Source: Candidatus Moraniibacteriota bacterium
GTDB taxonomy: Bacteria > Patescibacteriota > Minisyncoccia > Moranbacterales > UBA1568
DNA: 64,000 bases
Assembly (NCBI GenBank): GCA_052034935.1
Contig: JBPOIB010000001.1
Location: 1,341 to 65,340 of the forward strand
Reading direction: 5' to 3'
Below the pieces are notes generated by a model. That model did not search any database. It was not told the origin of the DNA and worked only from the letters and a program-made list of their open reading frames with translations. Shown here in pieces: positions 60,289 to 64,000 of the stretch; within the stretch, counting starts at the first letter, position 1, and each line of letters starts with the position of its first letter. The position numbers and the translations under genes are program-made.

Positions 60289-60558
60289 AGACAGCTATGC
60301 AGTACGTTTACGTCTTGAAAAGTACAAAAGACGGCAAGTGGTACACTGGCTGTACTGAGGATATACGGAAGCGTTTCAAAGAACATAATGATCGAAAAGT
60401 TGAGTCTACCAAAGACCGAGGTCCATTCGAAATCATTTACTACGAAGCCTGCATTGATGCACATGACGCCTTTACACGTGAGAAATATCTCAAGACCGGT
60501 ATGGGCAAACGCTATCTCAAGAACCGATTGAAACGCTTCCTGTCTCTAACGGGGTAAA
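60276..60558. mobile_element. Inverted-repeat-bounded GIY-YIG cassette (copy 3 of the CCCCGTTA family)
   Basis: Perfect 16-bp IR: ACCCCGTTAGAGACAG (60279-60294) / CTGTCTCTAACGGGGT (60540-60555), 18/19 when extended; encloses only the nuclease ORF. Confidence 0.65.
60297..60557 (+). CDS. Small stand-alone GIY-YIG nuclease
   Basis: YVYVL...WYTGCT...KRFKEHN...YYEA...A..RE.YLK; its last codons (LSLTG*) are the right IR. Confidence 0.92.
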   Translation: MQYVYVLKSTKDGKWYTGCTEDIRKRFKEHNDRKVESTKDRGPFEIIYYEACIDAHDAFTREKYLKTGMGKRYLKNRLKRFLSLTG

Positions 60559-60570
60559 TCCTTTTTCGCC

Positions 60571-63500
60571 ATGAGCATTACTCGAAGTCGTACTATACAG
60601 TGGGTAGGAATAATTATTGCAGCGATGCTGATAGCCGTGGGCTATTGGTATTTCTCTGTCCGTGCCGGAGTGAAGTCGAATACCGCGAGTAGCCAGCCTC
60701 AGGGTGTAGGGCGACTGGATAGTGGTTTGGCTGGGTATTGGGCGATGGATAATGGCAGTGGGACGACCGCGACGGATGCGAGTACCAATGGCAATAACGG
60801 AACCCTGACCAACGGTCCGGCGTGGACGACGGGGCAGATCGGAAGCGCAGTGAGTCTTGATGGAGTGGATGATTATGTTAGCACGGGCACGACACTTACC
60901 TCGACAGATTCCATCACTCTCTCGGCGTGGGTGAAGGGCGATACTCCGACAACGGATTTTCCTATCTTTGGTCATACCAACGGTCAAGCTGGGTCGGATC
61001 ATCAATGCCTTTTCTATGATAATGGTGGGACGGAAAATCTCTATTTCTCGAATGGTGGGGGTGGTTCAGTGAACGTTCAGGTATCTGGTACGGGTGCGAC
61101 CCTTGGCACGAGCTGGCATCATGTTGTCTATACGAATAATGGCACCAAAAATAGCCTCTATCTCGATGGGATTCGTCTGGTAGAAACGACATCAAATGCA
61201 TTAACTTCGGCTGCTGAGCAAAATCTTGAAATTGGTCGGTGTCAGACTGGCGGGGGAACATTTTATTTCGACGGTCTAATCGATGAAGCCCGGGTATACC
61301 GTCGAGCGCTCTCCGCTGATGAAATTAGCCAGCTCTATCGTTTAACGGCACCCACGAGCGTCGATACCAGCCTCAAAGGCTACTGGTCGTTTGATGGTCA
61401 GGATATTTCAAGCACGACCGCTTATGATCGGAGCGGCGCGGGGAATAATGGAACACTAACCAATAGTCCGACGATTATCCAAGGACCAGCGGGCCAGGCA
61501 TTGAGATTTAATGGAAGCACCAATTATGTATCGCTTGGCACCCCGGCGAGCCTGGGCTTTGCGCCGAGTACCGCCCATACCGTCTCTGCCTGGACCAACA
61601 CGACATTGAGTAAAACCAGTTCGGGTCTTTTCCAAACCATAGTGGCACTTGGCTCAATGGGCTGCTGTGGGACAGAGTCCTCGCTTTCTATATTGGATAG
61701 TGGTGGTAGTGGTATATACCAATTTCGGTTTGCGCTATCAGGGATTGGCAACATCAACTCTACATTTGATATCGTTCCCAACACGTGGTATCACGTCGTG
61801 GGAGTCTGGGATGGAACGACCGCGTATATCTACATAAATGGTGTGCTTAATATCTCCGGTACTCTCTCAGGATCTATCAATAATTGGACGAACAATGCTT
61901 ATATCGGAGCAGCAGACGGACCCGGTTCTTTCTTCAATGGCTCTATTGACGAAGTTCGCGTCTACAATCGCGTCCTTACCGCGGCCGAGATCAAGAGTCA
62001 GTATGATGCGGCAGCACCGGATAAAACCAACTCGAGTAGTTCGCAGGCTCAGGGGACCGGCCGACTCGATAGCGGTCTCGCTGGCTACTGGAAGCTCGAC
62101 GATGGGAGTGGTACCACACCGGTGGACAGTAGCACCACTGGTCACAACGGCACATTTTCTGGCAGTCCAACCTGGACCACGGGCCAAATCAACGGAGCAC
62201 TCAACTTCACCGGGACCGAGTCAGTATCGGTGGGGTCATTCTCGCTCAGTCGAGGCACGATCACAGCCTGGGTCGCTCCGGATGCTTCCCAGTTTGGTGC
62301 TGATGCGACGTACAATGTTTTTGGGGGGACATGGTCAGGAGGCGGTTTCGATTTGTATCATTGGCTTACGAATGGGTCTGGGAGTGCTGAGAATGTCGTT
62401 GCTTCGATAACTGGACCCTTTGGTTCCACTATGGCCTGTAACCTCGGTGCAAACACTGCCACAGTAGCGTCCACGGACTGGGTTTTCTATACTCTCACCT
62501 TTGACACGACCAGCGGGTGTACGGTGTATCGCAATGCTGTGCCGGGCAATTTTACAGCCGGTTCTACTGTTACTTTGGGAGCGCAGACATACGGTATTGG
62601 TACTACGGGGTATTACGGTAGTGGGAAGTGGAAAGGAAAGATTGATGAAGTGCGAGTCTATGATCGAATCCTCTCGGCATCTGAGATCGCTCAGATTTAC
62701 AATCTCACCACCCCGACCGGGACGGATACGAGTCTGAAAGGCTATTGGTCATTCAATGGTAAGGACATGAGTGGTACGACCACGGCCTATGATCGGAGTG
62801 GCTTGGGGAGCACAGGAACCCTGACTGGTGGACCCACGATTATCAACGGCATTATCGGGCAGGGTCTATCATTTGATGGGTCGAATGACTATGTAAACTT
62901 GGGCGTGAGCACGCCGTATCAATTCGCCAACACAACTTTCACAGTGACTGGGTGGTTTAAATCGAGTCCGGGCGTCAATGGGGGAGCCTTCGTCGCTCAG
63001 GGTGGGGTGGCCGGACAGGGTGGGTGGCTTGTGGGACTCAATGGCGACACCACAGGGAAATTATCAGCCGTGCTGAAAAATACGGATGGCGGACAGACAG
63101 GGCGATTGTCGAGTAGAACCGGATTCAATGACAATAACTGGCATCAGTTTGCCTTCATCGTGACGACCAATACGTCGACGTATACAGGGAATAGTCTCGT
63201 TATCTACGCCGATGGCATGCTCCAGTCGAGCACGGCCAATTCTGATTCGACGAGCGGAGGGTATGATACCGATACTTCGACGGCGCTTCTCGGCGCGCGC
63301 GGTTCGGGGAGCGATGCTTTTTTCACTGGCGGGTTGGACGAAGTGCGCATCTACAATCGTGCTCTGACAGCGGCCGAGATCCAAGGGCAATATGATGCGG
63401 TCAAGCCAGACAAGACCAACTCGAGCACTACCCAACCGCAGGGAGTCGGGCGGCTTGATTCAGGATTGGCTGGTTATTGGAAGCTTGACGAAACGACCGG

Positions 63501-63999
63501 ATCGACGGCCACTGACAGCAGTACTAGTGGTAACAACGGTACACTCAGCAATATGGAAAACGGGGACTGGGTGGCCAGCCAAATCGGGAACGGACTTTCT
63601 TTTGATGGGACGAATGAAAGCGTCGTCGTGAGCGCCGGGACAGGGGTTTTGAATGCTTCGCAGAATGTTACGCTGTCTACTTGGGTCTATCCACGGTCGC
63701 CGGGTAGTTACCAGGGCATAATTTACAAAGGAATCAGCGGCTGCGACGAGGGGTCAGCGAGCTATATGTTGGAACTCAATGTCAGTGGCTCTCCCACTCT
63801 CTGGGTAGGTGGATCACAGCTGGTGGCAAGCGACTTGTCGCTTACTGCCAATCAGTGGCAGCATTTGGTAGCGACCAATGGTGCCGGTGGTTCAGCTCTC
63901 TATCTCAATGGGGTACTCGTTAAATCGGGCGCGGCCCTTCCGGCCCCGAGCTCTTCCTCGGAGGACTGGCGTTTCAATTATTGCAATCGCTTTGACGGC
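60571..63999 (+). CDS. Giant tandem LamG/concanavalin-like surface protein (3' end outside window)
   Basis: Manual translation found no stop to the window end (>1140 aa). N-terminal TM, then five LamG-like domains with GYW..D, W.H and IDEVRVY.R.L...EI motifs. Missing from the ORF track because it has no stop. Confidence 0.9.
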   Translation, partial: MSITRSRTIQWVGIIIAAMLIAVGYWYFSVRAGVKSNTASSQPQGVGRLDSGLAGYWAMDNGSGTTATDASTNGNNGTLTNGPAWTTGQIGSAVSLDGVDDYVSTGTTLTSTDSITLSAWVKGDTPTTDFPIFGHTNGQAGSDHQCLFYDNGGTENLYFSNGGGGSVNVQVSGTGATLGTSWHHVVYTNNGTKNSLYLDGIRLVETTSNALTSAAEQNLEIGRCQTGGGTFYFDGLIDEARVYRRALSADEISQLYRLTAPTSVDTSLKGYWSFDGQDISSTTAYDRSGAGNNGTLTNSPTIIQGPAGQALRFNGSTNYVSLGTPASLGFAPSTAHTVSAWTNTTLSKTSSGLFQTIVALGSMGCCGTESSLSILDSGGSGIYQFRFALSGIGNINSTFDIVPNTWYHVVGVWDGTTAYIYINGVLNISGTLSGSINNWTNNAYIGAADGPGSFFNGSIDEVRVYNRVLTAAEIKSQYDAAAPDKTNSSSSQAQGTGRLDSGLAGYWKLDDGSGTTPVDSSTTGHNGTFSGSPTWTTGQINGALNFTGTESVSVGSFSLSRGTITAWVAPDASQFGADATYNVFGGTWSGGGFDLYHWLTNGSGSAENVVASITGPFGSTMACNLGANTATVASTDWVFYTLTFDTTSGCTVYRNAVPGNFTAGSTVTLGAQTYGIGTTGYYGSGKWKGKIDEVRVYDRILSASEIAQIYNLTTPTGTDTSLKGYWSFNGKDMSGTTTAYDRSGLGSTGTLTGGPTIINGIIGQGLSFDGSNDYVNLGVSTPYQFANTTFTVTGWFKSSPGVNGGAFVAQGGVAGQGGWLVGLNGDTTGKLSAVLKNTDGGQTGRLSSRTGFNDNNWHQFAFIVTTNTSTYTGNSLVIYADGMLQSSTANSDSTSGGYDTDTSTALLGARGSGSDAFFTGGLDEVRIYNRALTAAEIQGQYDAVKPDKTNSSTTQPQGVGRLDSGLAGYWKLDETTGSTATDSSTSGNNGTLSNMENGDWVASQIGNGLSFDGTNESVVVSAGTGVLNASQNVTLSTWVYPRSPGSYQGIIYKGISGCDEGSASYMLELNVSGSPTLWVGGSQLVASDLSLTANQWQHLVATNGAGGSALYLNGVLVKSGAALPAPSSSSEDWRFNYCNRFDG

Positions 64000-64000
64000 A

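Noticed and set aside
60517-63631. Apparent gene-poor or pseudogenised region of short ORFs
   Set aside because: All are shadows of one uninterrupted plus-strand LamG ORF running off the window.

Overview
Chromosomal segment of a Patescibacteria (CPR / Parcubacteria, probably Moranbacteria-like) bacterium using genetic code 11. The taxonomy is inferred from gene content: pilin-like genes, short SMC, long ThyX, sigma70-r4/HARE-HTH protein, VirD4-like ATPase with its partner, and core genes that mostly lack Shine-Dalgarno sites. The window is mainly housekeeping: ligA, gatCAB, secE-nusG-rplK-rplA, a dcd-thyX-kinase-tmk-dut-NDT thymidylate cluster, miaA, dnaE, rnhB, rpmF-nusB-rnc-smc-rpsP, rplJL, dnaX, tRNA-Gln, mnmA, mutY and lgt. 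Single-gene orphan or low-GC insertions are scattered between them, and the window ends inside a giant tandem-LamG surface protein. The strongest novel signal is a family of inverted-repeat elements with ends CCCCGTTA(G/C)A...T(C/G)TAACGGGG. One copy tightly brackets a small GIY-YIG nuclease gene and truncates a remnant 5' end of a LamG gene. Two short non-coding copies sit directly upstream of other genes, suggesting a GIY-YIG-associated REP/MITE-like mobile system. Other notable patterns: hairpin-plus-U-tract leaders right at predicted transcription starts, orphan genes sharing a promoter/boxA-like/SD layout, a 41-bp identical tract between two diverged lysozyme-like paralogs, a hinge-less SMC, a lone purC and a low-GC HEPN-motif islet. 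No CRISPR array, integrase, reverse transcriptase or rRNA was seen. All product calls come from motif recognition by eye, not database searches.
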